DNA from: Chloroflexota bacterium
GTDB lineage: Bacteria > Chloroflexota > UBA11872 > VXOZ01
Reading direction: 5' to 3'
Assembly (NCBI GenBank): GCA_965221905.1
Contig: OZ244922.1
Span: forward strand, 384,001-448,000
DNA: 64,000 nucleotides
The notes beneath the pieces are model-generated. The model did no database searches. It was not told the origin of the DNA and saw nothing but the letters and a program-made list of their open reading frames with translations. The position numbers and the translations under genes were made by a program. Of this stretch, positions 37,373-48,300 are shown in pieces (the first letter of the stretch is position 1; each line of letters begins with the position of its first letter).

Positions 37373-38617
37373 ATGGGCAAGGAGGAACCCTCGGACAAGC
37401 TACCCGCAGTCCCTAGCCCCTTGCCCAGCACGCTCTTGCCGCGAGAGTCGTTTGCAAAGCGTTGGGTACGTCGCGGGCTTTTGCGGACGCTGGGATTCTT
37501 TCGCCCTTATCGGTTTCCTGCTCCCCACATAGCGCGTATCTTAGTTATCCGCCCCGACCATATTGGCGACGTGCTGCTCATTACGCCTGTGCTGCGCCTG
37601 CTGCGTCAGACGTTTCCTGAGGCTGAGATTACGGCGCTGGTGGGTCCCTGGTCGAAGGCAGTGCTCGCGGAGAATCCGCACATCGACCAGATTGAAGTCT
37701 GCCGTTTTCCAGGCTTCGACCGCAGCCAACCGCGGCAGGGCCTGCAGGCGTATGTGCTGCTAATGGAAGAAGCCGCACGATTGCGTGAGGAAGAATACCA
37801 GCTTGCCCTCAACCTGCGTGCGGACTTCTGGTGGGGCGCGGCGTTGGCCGCGTTTGCCGGCATTCCCCACGTGTGGGGCTTCGACGTGCCGGAGTGCGCG
37901 CCGTTTCTGACCCACGCGCTACCAGTTCAGCACGATGAACACCAAGCGGCCGCCAACCTCCGCTTGGCGCACCATGCTGCAGCCCTTGGCAGCCCCGCTG
38001 AGGATGTGGGCACCCACTTGCAGTTCGACTACACGCGCAAAGACGAGCAGAAAGCCGAATCCATCTTGCGCAACGCCGACATATCCAATTCTGCCACACT
38101 CGTCGCCATTCACCCCGGTTCAGGCGCGGCAATCAAGAACTGGTCGGCCTCCGGCTGGCACACCGTAGGCAACGCCTTGGCGCAAGACGACCGTATACAC
38201 TCTCTCGTCACTGCCGGCCCCGCTGAACGGGAACTCGCGGAGGAAGTCGCCACTGGTTTGCCGCAAGGTCGCACCGTGTTGGTCGGGGAGACCTCACTGG
38301 GAGTACTGGCCGCGCTCTTTGCCCGTTGCGCCTTGGTAATCGGACCGGACTCCGGCCCGCTGCACCTGGCGGTAGCCGTGGGCACACCAAGCGTGACCCT
38401 TTACGGAGCGAGCGACCCCGTGCGGTTCGGGCCCTGGGGGTCCGCCGCCCGACACCGCACAGTCACCACTTCCATTCCCTGTCGTCACTGCGGATACCTT
38501 GCCTTGCCTGCATCAGACCTGCCACGACACCCGTGCATGCAGTTCATAGAGCCTGATGCGGTAACGGCTGTGGCGCGAGAGTTGCTGGCGAAAACCGTAG
38601 CGAGCGCCGGCGCATGA
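37373..38617 (+). CDS. Glycosyltransferase family 9 (heptosyltransferase-like)
   Basis: ILVIRPDHIGDVL, IHPGSG..IKNW, DSGPLHLA.AVG. Confidence 0.9.
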   Translation: MGKEEPSDKLPAVPSPLPSTLLPRESFAKRWVRRGLLRTLGFFRPYRFPAPHIARILVIRPDHIGDVLLITPVLRLLRQTFPEAEITALVGPWSKAVLAENPHIDQIEVCRFPGFDRSQPRQGLQAYVLLMEEAARLREEEYQLALNLRADFWWGAALAAFAGIPHVWGFDVPECAPFLTHALPVQHDEHQAAANLRLAHHAAALGSPAEDVGTHLQFDYTRKDEQKAESILRNADISNSATLVAIHPGSGAAIKNWSASGWHTVGNALAQDDRIHSLVTAGPAERELAEEVATGLPQGRTVLVGETSLGVLAALFARCALVIGPDSGPLHLAVAVGTPSVTLYGASDPVRFGPWGSAARHRTVTTSIPCRHCGYLALPASDLPRHPCMQFIEPDAVTAVARELLAKTVASAGA

Positions 38618-39795
38618 GCACTTCACTCAAACACCTTGCACGCCGCGCTGCCGGGGTGGCGTTGTGGTTGATCTGCGCGGCTCTGGCGCTGATCGCCCGG
38701 ATCCGACAAAGGCATCAGCCCTTGCGGCCGGAGAGCGTGGAGCGCATTCTCATCATCCGCCTCGATCTCATCGGCGACCTGCTCTTTTCGGTCCCGGCCA
38801 TCCGCAATACGCGGCAGCAGTTCCCGCACGCGCGCCTTGACGTGCTCGTGGCGTCAGGCACGGCCCCGCTGCTTGCCGAATGCCCGTATGTTGACCGTGT
38901 ATATACCCTCGACGCGCATACGCTCGCCCACATTCCCGGTATCTTCTCAATTCCTCAGTGGCGGCAGGCCTGGCAGCTCGTCCAAGACTTGCGCTCGCAG
39001 CGCTATCAGCTCTGCCTGAGCCTCTATGGTGTGCCCGCGGCTACCGTCAGCCTGCTGACCGGTGCGCCCCACCGGGCGGGTTTTGCTGACGAAGCGCCAC
39101 CGGGTGCTTTTTCTCTGCCGGCAGCGGGCAGCCGCCTGCCGCAGGACCGCCACGAGGTGCATTGCGCCCTCGCCGTGGCGCAAGCCGCAGGTGTTTCGGG
39201 CACGCTCGATCGCATGGAAGCGTGGGTAAGCGCGACTGATCGGGCCTGGGCTCAAGAGACATTAGCTGCGGAAGGGGATGCGCTGTGGGTGGCCTGCGGG
39301 CACGGCTCCCGCAACGGCTACGCCAAGCGTTGGCCGCAGCGCCACTGGGTTTCGCTGATAAACCAACTGCAGCAGGCAGGCTATCGCGCCGTCTTGGTAG
39401 GCGGCCCCCACGAGCTTGATGCGGCGGCGTCAATTGCGCAGGCCTGCGAAAAAGCGCCATTGGTGCTCACCGGCAAGACGACCCTCGGTCAACTCGCCGC
39501 AGTGCTCGCGCAGGTCAACCTTATGGTCGGGAGCGACAGCGGCCCTCTGCACCTGGCCGCGGCGTTGGGCACGCGCGTCGTCGGTCTGTACGGCCCCACG
39601 AGTACGGTGCGCTACGGACCGTTCGGACAGCCTAACGCCGTGAAGCGCCATGAAATCTTCTGCAGTCCTTGCTACCGCCCGGAAACCGGCAAAGCAGCAA
39701 CCTGTCGCTACGGCACGGTGGAGTGCATGGAAAAGCTGGAGCCGGATCAGGTGCTCGCGGGCGTACCTGCTGCAAAGTGCGATGCAGGAAAGTAG
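38614..39795 (+). CDS. Glycosyltransferase family 9 (WaaF-like)
   Basis: ILIIRLDLIGDLL, AKRWP, GKTTL.QL, DSGPLHLAAALG, CSPC; ATGA overlap with the first GT9. Confidence 0.9.
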   Translation: MSTSLKHLARRAAGVALWLICAALALIARIRQRHQPLRPESVERILIIRLDLIGDLLFSVPAIRNTRQQFPHARLDVLVASGTAPLLAECPYVDRVYTLDAHTLAHIPGIFSIPQWRQAWQLVQDLRSQRYQLCLSLYGVPAATVSLLTGAPHRAGFADEAPPGAFSLPAAGSRLPQDRHEVHCALAVAQAAGVSGTLDRMEAWVSATDRAWAQETLAAEGDALWVACGHGSRNGYAKRWPQRHWVSLINQLQQAGYRAVLVGGPHELDAAASIAQACEKAPLVLTGKTTLGQLAAVLAQVNLMVGSDSGPLHLAAALGTRVVGLYGPTSTVRYGPFGQPNAVKRHEIFCSPCYRPETGKAATCRYGTVECMEKLEPDQVLAGVPAAKCDAGK

Positions 39796-40333
39796 AATAG
39801 GTTCAGGGTTGGTCGGTGAGGTGCTGGTGCCTGATTGCAATCCGCTGGGCATGCCATCACGGACACAGCAACCGATCCGATGGGGTGCAAAGCGTTGTCT
39901 GGGCAATACAGAGCACAGTTTTGAAACCTGTGCTACCGGAGAAGACTGGGTTTTACCTCGATTCTAGTGAATTGCGGATAGGCGCATCCGTGTAGCCCGG
40001 GGGCTAGTCCCCCGCCTCTTCACTAGATAGGCGGGCAGATTTCCGCCCACTCTACAAGCAGGATTGTGCAACGCAAAGACACATAACCAAGAGTAGGAAG
40101 GAAACAACGGCTGCACACGTAGCCACACCCGGCTATGCGGTGCACAGGTTGCAAACCTGTGCTACTGGAGCTAATTGCGCCTTGTCTCGTGTCGTGGCAA
40201 TTGCATGCGGAAAGGGTTTTGTAGCGCGGGGGCTTGTCCCCCGCCTCTTGGGTAGGAGGCAGGCGGATTATAGCTCGCTGCAGATATTCAATTGGGCAAT
40301 GAGAAGAATTGATTCAAAGGAGAGATCAGAACA

Positions 40334-41359
40334 ATGCGCGCAGCAGTAATGGGCATGCGACACGGTCACATCAGCGAGTTTGTGCGGGCCGCGGAAGAAA
40401 ACCCGGCAGTAATGCTCGTGGGCATAGCGGAAGACGAACCAGCGGTCCGCGCTAAAGTGGAAGCCGAGCACAGCGTGCCCGTGTATGCGGATTTCATTGA
40501 GATGCTTGAGAAAGAGCGGCCGCAGGTCGTCGGCGTGGCGAGAACGAATGCCACGAAATATCAGGCGCTCACCGCCTGCCTGGAACGCGGCATTCACGCC
40601 ATCGCCGATAAGCCGCTGCTCACGGAGATGGAGCAGCTTGAGCAGGTGCAGGCGGCCTACGCCTTGGGCAAGGCGCGGCTTGGGATGATGCTCAGCCAAC
40701 GCTTCTCCGCCACCCATCGTGCCTTGAAGGCGCAGGTGGATGCGGGAACTTTGGGCGAAATCGTGCACATGTACGGCTTCGGTCCCCACAAGCTGCATCC
40801 GGAGACGCGCAATCCCTGGGAACTCGACGCGGCGCAGAACGGCGGCGTGCTGGTTGACCTCGGTGTCCACTACTTCGATTCGCTGCGCTGGTTCTCCGAA
40901 CAAGAGCCGGTACGTGTGGCTGCGGCGCAGGGGAACACCCGCTTTCCCGAGCTGCCGCAACTCTACGATCACGCCCACGCGCTCATGGAATTTGATGGCG
41001 GCATGAAGGGCATTGTGGTCGCCGACTGGCTCACGCCCGACGCTGCACCCTACCACGGCGACTATCGGCTCTACGTCACCGGTACACGCGGCACGGCGGA
41101 GATCGCGACGGCCGGCACACTGGAGCCCTCCGGCCCCAACAAGAGCGGCGGCGTGCGCGTGGTGCTAAACGACAAGGAACCCTTCGACCTTGAAATACCC
41201 CCGTTGACCCATACGCCTACCAGCGACTTCCTCGATGCGCTTGTCAACGAGCGCGAACCCTACGCCAGCGCGGAAGAGGTGCTCCGCACGATGGCGGTGA
41301 CGCTGCACGCCAAAGCCGCGGCAGAAACGGGAGAATGGATGAGCATACCAGCCAAGTGA
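40334..41359 (+). CDS. Gfo/Idh/MocA family oxidoreductase
   Basis: ADKPL, GGVLVDLGVHYFD; AAGGAG RBS. Confidence 0.88.
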   Translation: MRAAVMGMRHGHISEFVRAAEENPAVMLVGIAEDEPAVRAKVEAEHSVPVYADFIEMLEKERPQVVGVARTNATKYQALTACLERGIHAIADKPLLTEMEQLEQVQAAYALGKARLGMMLSQRFSATHRALKAQVDAGTLGEIVHMYGFGPHKLHPETRNPWELDAAQNGGVLVDLGVHYFDSLRWFSEQEPVRVAAAQGNTRFPELPQLYDHAHALMEFDGGMKGIVVADWLTPDAAPYHGDYRLYVTGTRGTAEIATAGTLEPSGPNKSGGVRVVLNDKEPFDLEIPPLTHTPTSDFLDALVNEREPYASAEEVLRTMAVTLHAKAAAETGEWMSIPAK

Positions 41360-41613
41360 GTATTGGGTTACAGATGACTGGGCATTTCCTACTTAGTCAT
41401 GTAACGGCGCGAGGATAAGCTGATACCGGATCAGGTCAAGTAAAGGCAACCCCATGTCATTCCGAGCGAGAGCGAGGAATCTCAAATGTTTGAAAGGAAT
41501 TCACCGTTGCATTGCTCCGCAGCATGACTAGTAAAGCGGCAAGAAAACAGAGATACTGCGGCCGTAACCGCGCGCTACCCCGTGTCGCAATCCACACTCA
41601 CACTGCCTAAAGA

Positions 41614-41641
41614 TGGATTCCCGTTTTCACGGGAATGACGG
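41614..41641. repeat. Palindromic element, family C (GGATTCCC-N8-GGGAATGAC, dRS3-like)
   Basis: Related copies at ~13677-13705, ~16212-16241 and ~34671-34696. Confidence 0.7.
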
Positions 41642-41712
41642 AATGTACACCTAATGCTCTTGAGGTTGATGACTAGTCAACTCAAGTCAAACTAGAGAAG
41701 AGAGAGGTAGAT

Positions 41713-42858
41713 ATGCGCATTACAGCGGTAGACACCTTCATCATGTGGGGGAATCCGCGGAATTGGGTCTTTGTGAAGATCTCCACCGACGAGCCGGAGC
41801 TTTACGGCTGGGGCGAGGCCACGCTGGAAGGCAAGGATGCCACGATTCGTACGGCCATCGGGCAGCTTGGCGAGACCCTAATCGGCAAGGACCCGCTGGA
41901 GACCGAGCGCCTTTGGCAGTCGCTTTATAAGGACGGCTTTTGGAAGGGCGGCGTGGTGATCAACACTGCTATTTCGGGTATAGACCAAGCCCTATGGGAT
42001 ATCAAGGGCAAGCATTACGGCGCGCCGGTCTATCAGTTGCTCGGCGGGCCCGCGCGCGACCGCATCCGGCTTTACACCCATGTCGGCATTTACGAGGCCG
42101 ACCGCATCGCGCCGGAAGCGCAAAAACACGTGGCGGCCGGCTTTACTGCTCTGAAAACCGGCGCGTGGGCAACGGATGAGCATATGGGAGACTATCAGCA
42201 CGCGGCGCTCTTGGGCGAACGCATCGCCGCCTTGCGCCAGGCCGTGGGGCCGGACGTGGACCTCATGATCGACAACCACGGCAAGAGCCGCCCGGCGCAG
42301 GCCATCCGCCAACTGCACGCCGTCAAGGATAGCCACATCACCTTCTTCGAGGAGCCGGTGCCGCCCGAAAACATCGAGGCGTTTCGGCCCGTGCGCGAGA
42401 CCGCCCGCGAACTCGGCATTGACCTGGCAACCGGCGAGCGCTACTTCAACAAGTGGCAGTATGCGCCCCTGCTGGCGGGCCAATATGTGGACGTGATCCA
42501 ACCCGACCTCTGCCACGCGGGCGGCATTACCGAGGTCAAGAAGATCGCCGCGCTGGCCGAGGTGCATCACGTGCTCGTGGCGCCCCATAACCCCCAAGGA
42601 CCGCTTTCCACGGCCGCCGCGGCGCACATCGGCATGAGCATCCCCAACTACCTCATGCTGGAATACGTCCCCAGCCAACCCTACCGCGACCGGGTGGTCA
42701 AAGAGCCGTGGCAGATCAAAGACGGCTACCTGCACGTGCCCGAACGCCCAGGCCTCGGCGCAGACCTGGACGAAGACGTCATCGCCGCCAACCCGCCCCG
42801 CAGCTTCGCGTACTTCAAGAACCTCCGCGACGACACCGGCGCGGTGATAGATATCTAA
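41713..42858 (+). CDS. dgoD: Galactonate dehydratase-like enolase-superfamily enzyme
   Basis: WVFVKI.TD, GWGEATLEG, IDQALWDIKGK, DNHG, FFEEP, ATGER, QPDLCHAGGITE, APHNPQGP; substrate not certain. Confidence 0.75.
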   Translation: MRITAVDTFIMWGNPRNWVFVKISTDEPELYGWGEATLEGKDATIRTAIGQLGETLIGKDPLETERLWQSLYKDGFWKGGVVINTAISGIDQALWDIKGKHYGAPVYQLLGGPARDRIRLYTHVGIYEADRIAPEAQKHVAAGFTALKTGAWATDEHMGDYQHAALLGERIAALRQAVGPDVDLMIDNHGKSRPAQAIRQLHAVKDSHITFFEEPVPPENIEAFRPVRETARELGIDLATGERYFNKWQYAPLLAGQYVDVIQPDLCHAGGITEVKKIAALAEVHHVLVAPHNPQGPLSTAAAAHIGMSIPNYLMLEYVPSQPYRDRVVKEPWQIKDGYLHVPERPGLGADLDEDVIAANPPRSFAYFKNLRDDTGAVIDI

Positions 42859-43239
42859 GTGCTGCGACCGACTGGCAACGCCGCCTAGGGGGTGACAGCC
42901 ATCACCCTCACGCGCACTGTTACGGAGCTCCTGCAGAACTCTCTGGGGGGAGCCCACCCTTGGCGAAGTCTTGGGACTATGGACTTCACGCCAACTTTCG
43001 GCTTGGATGACACCCAGTTCGTGCACCAGAAAGCATGGCCTCGCTCAAAGCCCCTTGACACGTGTCTGTTGAAGTGTTCAGAACACTGCTAGTACAACAG
43101 CGTCCAGTGGCGATCATGCACGTGGTTTCTCGCTCAATCAAAACGACTCTGATACAACTCACGGAAATATCACAAACCAACATCGTTGTTGTACACTGCT
43201 GGACAAAAGCAAGTTGCTGTAATGAGGAGAACAGTTGAG

Positions 43240-45264
43240 ATGCGTAGACCTGCAGTTATCGGGCTACTATGCTTTACGGTAGTGTTGGCCGCTTTCATCT
43301 TGGCTTCTTGCGGTCCGCCGTCGCCACCCCCTGAGCCAGGGGATGTGGTGTGGGGCTATTACCCCCGGGGCGGAGCGATTGCATCCTCCCCAGCGGTCGT
43401 TGACGGCGTGGTGTACGCGAGTTCGTGGCGCCACGACGTATTTGCGTTGGATGCCTCGACCGGTGAGATTCGCTGGCGTTTCAAGACAAAGGATGGATCG
43501 TCTTCCTCGCCATCGATTGCTGAAGGCATTGTCTACGTAGGCTTGCTTAATGGCTTCATCAATGCCCTGGATGTGGTTACGGGAGAACTCCAATGGCGGT
43601 ACAAGACCGACGGTCCCATTCGTTCCTCTCCCGCCGTGGCTGAAGGCGCGGTCTATATCGGCTCGGATGACGACCATGTTTACGCTCTGGACGCCGCGAC
43701 CGGCGCAGAGCTTTGGCGGTTCCTTACCGGCGGTGACATCTGGTCTTCGCCGGAAGTGGTTGATGGTGTGGTCTATATCGGCTCGGATGACGACCATGTT
43801 TACGCTTTGGACGCCGCGACCGGCGCAGAACTTTGGCGGTACCAAACGGAAGGAAATATCTGGTCTACCCCATCAGTGGTTGCGGGCGTTCTCTATGTCG
43901 GTTCGTGGGATGATAACGTGTATGCGTTGGACGCCGCGACCGGCGAGCTGATTTGGCAATTTGAGGCAGTGGATAGCGTGACTTCCTCCCCGACGGTGAC
44001 TGACGGAGTGGTCTATGTCGGTTCAGCGGGGCATTACGTCTATGCGCTCAACGCCGAGACTGGCGAACGGATTTGGCTCTACAGGACGGGCGGTTCCGTA
44101 GAAGACTCTCTAGCAGTGTTCAATGGCCTGGTCTATGTGGGCTCCTGGGATGGCTACCTGTACGCACTGGAAGCAGCAACCGGAACACTCGTCTGGAAAT
44201 ACGAGACCGGAAGCTTGATAAACTCCAGCCCGGCCGTAGCCGATGAAGTGGTGTACATAGGGTCAAATGACGGGTACATTTACACTCTGGATGCTGAGTC
44301 CGGCGAGCTGCTATGGCGCTACCTCGCAATCGAAAACATGACGTACCCGACAGTTAGGGAGAGTGCAGTATACCTCAGCGCGTGTGCCGATCACATCTGC
44401 GCGCTCAATGCCGTAACCGGTGAACTCTTCTGGCTCTATCAGAGACCTGGCGACGTACTATCCATGCCAAGTTTCACGAAAGGATCGGTATTCTTCACTT
44501 CTCAGGGGGGCTACGTCTACGCGTACGACACAACAACCAGCGAACTCCGCTGGCGATTTCAAACCGATGGGGAAGTCCGGGCACCTGCGACAGTGGCTAA
44601 CGGGTTAGTTTACACCGCCGGCTTGGATGGATACGTCTATGCACTAAATGCTGCTAGTGGCGAATTGCGCTGGCGTTACGAGACCGGTGGTGAAGTGCGG
44701 TCGCCTCCGGCAGTAGCTGACGGCACAGTCTCCGTGATCTCCCACGACCGCTTTGTTTACGGGCTGGATGCCGAAACTGGAGAGCAGCGCTGGCAATTCC
44801 AGACCGGCTACTTTGTAGAGACCTCCCCGTCGGCGGCAGGTGGCGTGGTCTATGTGGGCTCAGATGACGGGTATCTCTATGCCTTGGATTCTGATAGCGG
44901 GGATCTGCTGTGGCGCTACTTGACGCAAGGCGAAGCATGGGGCTCGCCGGCAGTGATTGGCGGTGTAGTCTACGCCGGCTCGGATGACTCCCATGTGTAC
45001 GCGCTCGATGCCGAGAACGGTGAACTACTTTGGCGCTCGGAGACGGGTGATTTCATCTTCCATGCGCCAATAATGGTACGTGGCGTGGTCTACACGGGGT
45101 CGGAAGCCGGTTTAGTGCACGCGCTGGAGGCCGAGAACGGTGAGGTGCTCTGGAGTTCGGCAGTCCAAAGTGCAGTGCAGTCCTCACCCACGGTCATTGA
45201 CGGCAAGGTCTACGTCAGCACAGAGGATGGCTACGTATTTGCACTGTTCGCCTTTGATCCCTAA
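43240..45264 (+). CDS. PQQ-type (BamB-like) beta-propeller repeat lipoprotein 1, 16 repeats
   Basis: LASC lipobox; ~40-aa SSPxVxxGxVYxGSxDxxVYALDAxTGxxxW repeats counted by eye; AGGAGA RBS. Confidence 0.9.
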   Translation: MRRPAVIGLLCFTVVLAAFILASCGPPSPPPEPGDVVWGYYPRGGAIASSPAVVDGVVYASSWRHDVFALDASTGEIRWRFKTKDGSSSSPSIAEGIVYVGLLNGFINALDVVTGELQWRYKTDGPIRSSPAVAEGAVYIGSDDDHVYALDAATGAELWRFLTGGDIWSSPEVVDGVVYIGSDDDHVYALDAATGAELWRYQTEGNIWSTPSVVAGVLYVGSWDDNVYALDAATGELIWQFEAVDSVTSSPTVTDGVVYVGSAGHYVYALNAETGERIWLYRTGGSVEDSLAVFNGLVYVGSWDGYLYALEAATGTLVWKYETGSLINSSPAVADEVVYIGSNDGYIYTLDAESGELLWRYLAIENMTYPTVRESAVYLSACADHICALNAVTGELFWLYQRPGDVLSMPSFTKGSVFFTSQGGYVYAYDTTTSELRWRFQTDGEVRAPATVANGLVYTAGLDGYVYALNAASGELRWRYETGGEVRSPPAVADGTVSVISHDRFVYGLDAETGEQRWQFQTGYFVETSPSAAGGVVYVGSDDGYLYALDSDSGDLLWRYLTQGEAWGSPAVIGGVVYAGSDDSHVYALDAENGELLWRSETGDFIFHAPIMVRGVVYTGSEAGLVHALEAENGEVLWSSAVQSAVQSSPTVIDGKVYVSTEDGYVFALFAFDP

Positions 45265-45352
45265 CGCCGCATCAGTACAGCGCTTGACGCGCCATCAGTG
45301 GTACAGACTCAGTACAGACCTTGATCTTCTTGTGTTGGGATGGACTGCTGTG

Positions 45353-48300
45353 ATGCGTAGATCCTTAGTAATTGCCCTGCTATGGCTAGCACTGGCTCTT
45401 GCCTCTCTAACACTATTAGCATGTTCCACTACGCCGCCGGAGGAGGTGGAAGCTCCTCCGCCAGCGCCCACGGCAAGCCCGCAATCCACGCGGCCGCAGG
45501 TGGCTGGCGAGCCTGGCGAGTTGCTGTGGCGGCATGAAATTGGCGGCGCGGTGGCGTCTGCGCCCACTGTCGTTGACGGCGTAGTCTATTTCGGCTCGGA
45601 AGATCATCACGTTTACGCACTGGATGCTGCCACCGGCAGAGTGCTCTGGCGCTTTCTGGCGGAGCGTGAGGTCTGGCATTCACCGACGGTGCATGACGGC
45701 ACGGTCTATGTCACTAGCACACGGGGCTACTATCGCGACGGCAATAGCCCGGTGTACGCGCTGGATGCCGCTACCGGCGAACTGCGCTGGCTCTACCGCG
45801 TGAGCGGCTTCGTGGGGTCATCCCCGGCGGTGGGTGAAGGTGGGGTCTACGTCGGCTCCAGCGACGGCCACGTGTACGCGTTCGATGCTGATACCGGCGA
45901 AGTGCGCTGGCGCTTCTTAACAGAAAGTAAAGTGTTTGATTCTACGGTCGTTGGCGACGGCACAGTCTTCGCTAGCTCAGAAAAGGGATTCGTTTACGCC
46001 TTGGCGCCGGAGGACGGCACGCTGCTCTGGCAATATCAATTCGACGGCGCCGCGCTTTCCCCTGAGGCGGTGCGTGACGGCGTTGTTTACGTCACCGCGG
46101 GGGATGGACACATCCACGCTCTCGTCGCGGCTACCGGTGAACAGCTTTGGCGCTCCCAGCTCGAAGGCGGCTATGCAGTCCCGCCAATTGTGGCCGACGG
46201 CGTGATCTACGCGGTAAAGGCTAATAACCACGTACGGGCGTTCGCCACCACGGACGGCAAGCTGCTCTGGAGCTACCAAATTGACGGTGAGGCGTATAAG
46301 TCGCTGGCAGTTGCTGACGGTGCCGTCTACATCGGATCAAACAACGGCCGCGTCTACGGCCTCGATGCACTAGCTGGAGTCTTGGTGCGAGAATACGCGC
46401 TGGGGGATGAGGTACGACTCTTTCCGTCAGTGAACGATGGCGTGCTCTATGTTGGCTCACAAGGCGGTCACGTGCACGCGCTCGACGCCGCCACCGGAGA
46501 ACAGCGCTGGCGTTACGTAACAGGCAGTGCCGTGGCTTTCTCACCGGCGGAAGTTGGCAACGCCGTCTACGTCAGCTCGCCCGAAGGCGGCGTATACGCG
46601 CTGGATGCCACAACAGGGGAGGTGCATTGGTATACCGAGACGGACGAGACTGGGATCACCTCGCCTATTCTGCTCGACAATGCCGTTTACGCGAGCTCGG
46701 GAAACGGTCAAGTGTATGCGCTGGATGCGGTGAAAGGAGACGTGCTCTGGCGCATTAAACTGGATGACCATGTGACCACTCCGGCAATACATGGCGACGT
46801 AATCTACGTTGGCTCGAACAAGGCCGATTCCAAAGCAAGCCGCGTGCATGCGCGGTCTCGCGAGACCGGTGAAATCCTCTGGCAGTTCGAGGCTGATGAC
46901 CAGGTCCAATTCAGTTCCCCGCCGGTCGTGGATGGAGATACGGTCTACGTTGTTTCATACTGGGGCCCGATATTTGCGCTGGACGCCGCGAATGGGGAAG
47001 AACAGTGGCGTTCCCGCGCTCGCAGTAGGGTGTGGTATTCTCCGGCTGTACAAGACGGGGTGGTTTATGTTAGCGGAGAGCGTGGGTATGTAAGCGCCTT
47101 TGATGCAGCGACCGGTAGTGAACTGTGGCAGTTTAGAACCGAGTCTGCGGCGTCCTCTTCTCTTGCAAATGGAAAGCAGGCTAGCGGCCTCTACTCGTCC
47201 GTCAGCTGGACCGAGATTCTTTCGGGCCCGGCTGTCGCCGACGGCGTAGTCTACGTCGGCTCCTTGTTTGGGTTCGTCTTCGCCCTTGATGCCGCGACGG
47301 GCAAACAGCTATGGCGCCAATACGGAACGAGTGAAGTGCTCCATCTACCGCCAAAGGTGATTGACGGCGTTGTCTACGTCGGGTCGGGCAATGGTTGGGT
47401 GCAAGCGCTCGATGCCATGACTGGGGAAATCTATTGGTCGTACCGGGCAGACGGCAGCCTTTGGGACTTTCAAGCAACGGGCAACGGCGCGCTGTTCGGC
47501 ATCGCCGTATGGGAGCTATATCCTGGGTTCAGAACCGTCGTATACGCGCTGAATGCCCTGCCTCCGGCAACTCCGCTGCAAGGCAAGTTGCTCTGGAGTT
47601 ACCCGCGGGCCGGCGAATCACCTTCTCCGCCGGTGCTGAGTGACGGCGTGATCTACCTCAGATCGTTCTCTGGCAGGGTCATTGCGCTGGATGCCGTCGG
47701 CGGGGAGCTTCTTTGGCAATTTCAGACAGAAGGCTACATACGTGGATCACCAAGATTAGGCGCGGACATGGCCTACATCGGCTCCGACGATGGCTACGTG
47801 TACGCGCTGGATGCCGCTACCGGAGAGGTTTCCTGGCGATTCGAGGCGGGTGCGAGCTACTATTCATCGCCCTTCCCAACAGTGGTTGACGGCGCGGTTT
47901 ACGTGGGGTCGGCCGATGGCAACGTGTACGCGCTGGACGCCGATTCCGGTGAACTGCACTGGCGTTACAGCATTGGGTTGAGGTCGCATCCTTATTTGGC
48001 GATTAGTGGAATGATCTTCGTTGGCGGAGGTCGCGGCACTTTACATGCGCTGGACTCTGCGACGGGAGAGGTCCGGTGGGGTATTCAGAGAGGTATTTAC
48101 CAGATATTTCCCGCGCTGGTTGTCGAGGACGTGCTCTACGCCGTTTCGGGTGACGGTCACGCGTACGCATTCGATGTGTTTACAGGGAAAATGCTGTGGC
48201 GCTACACCTACCGGGCGGGCCATGGCTTGGGATATGTGCCGACGGTGGCTGATGGCGTCCTCTACGTGGGCTCCGACGATTACCACGTCTATGCCTTGGA

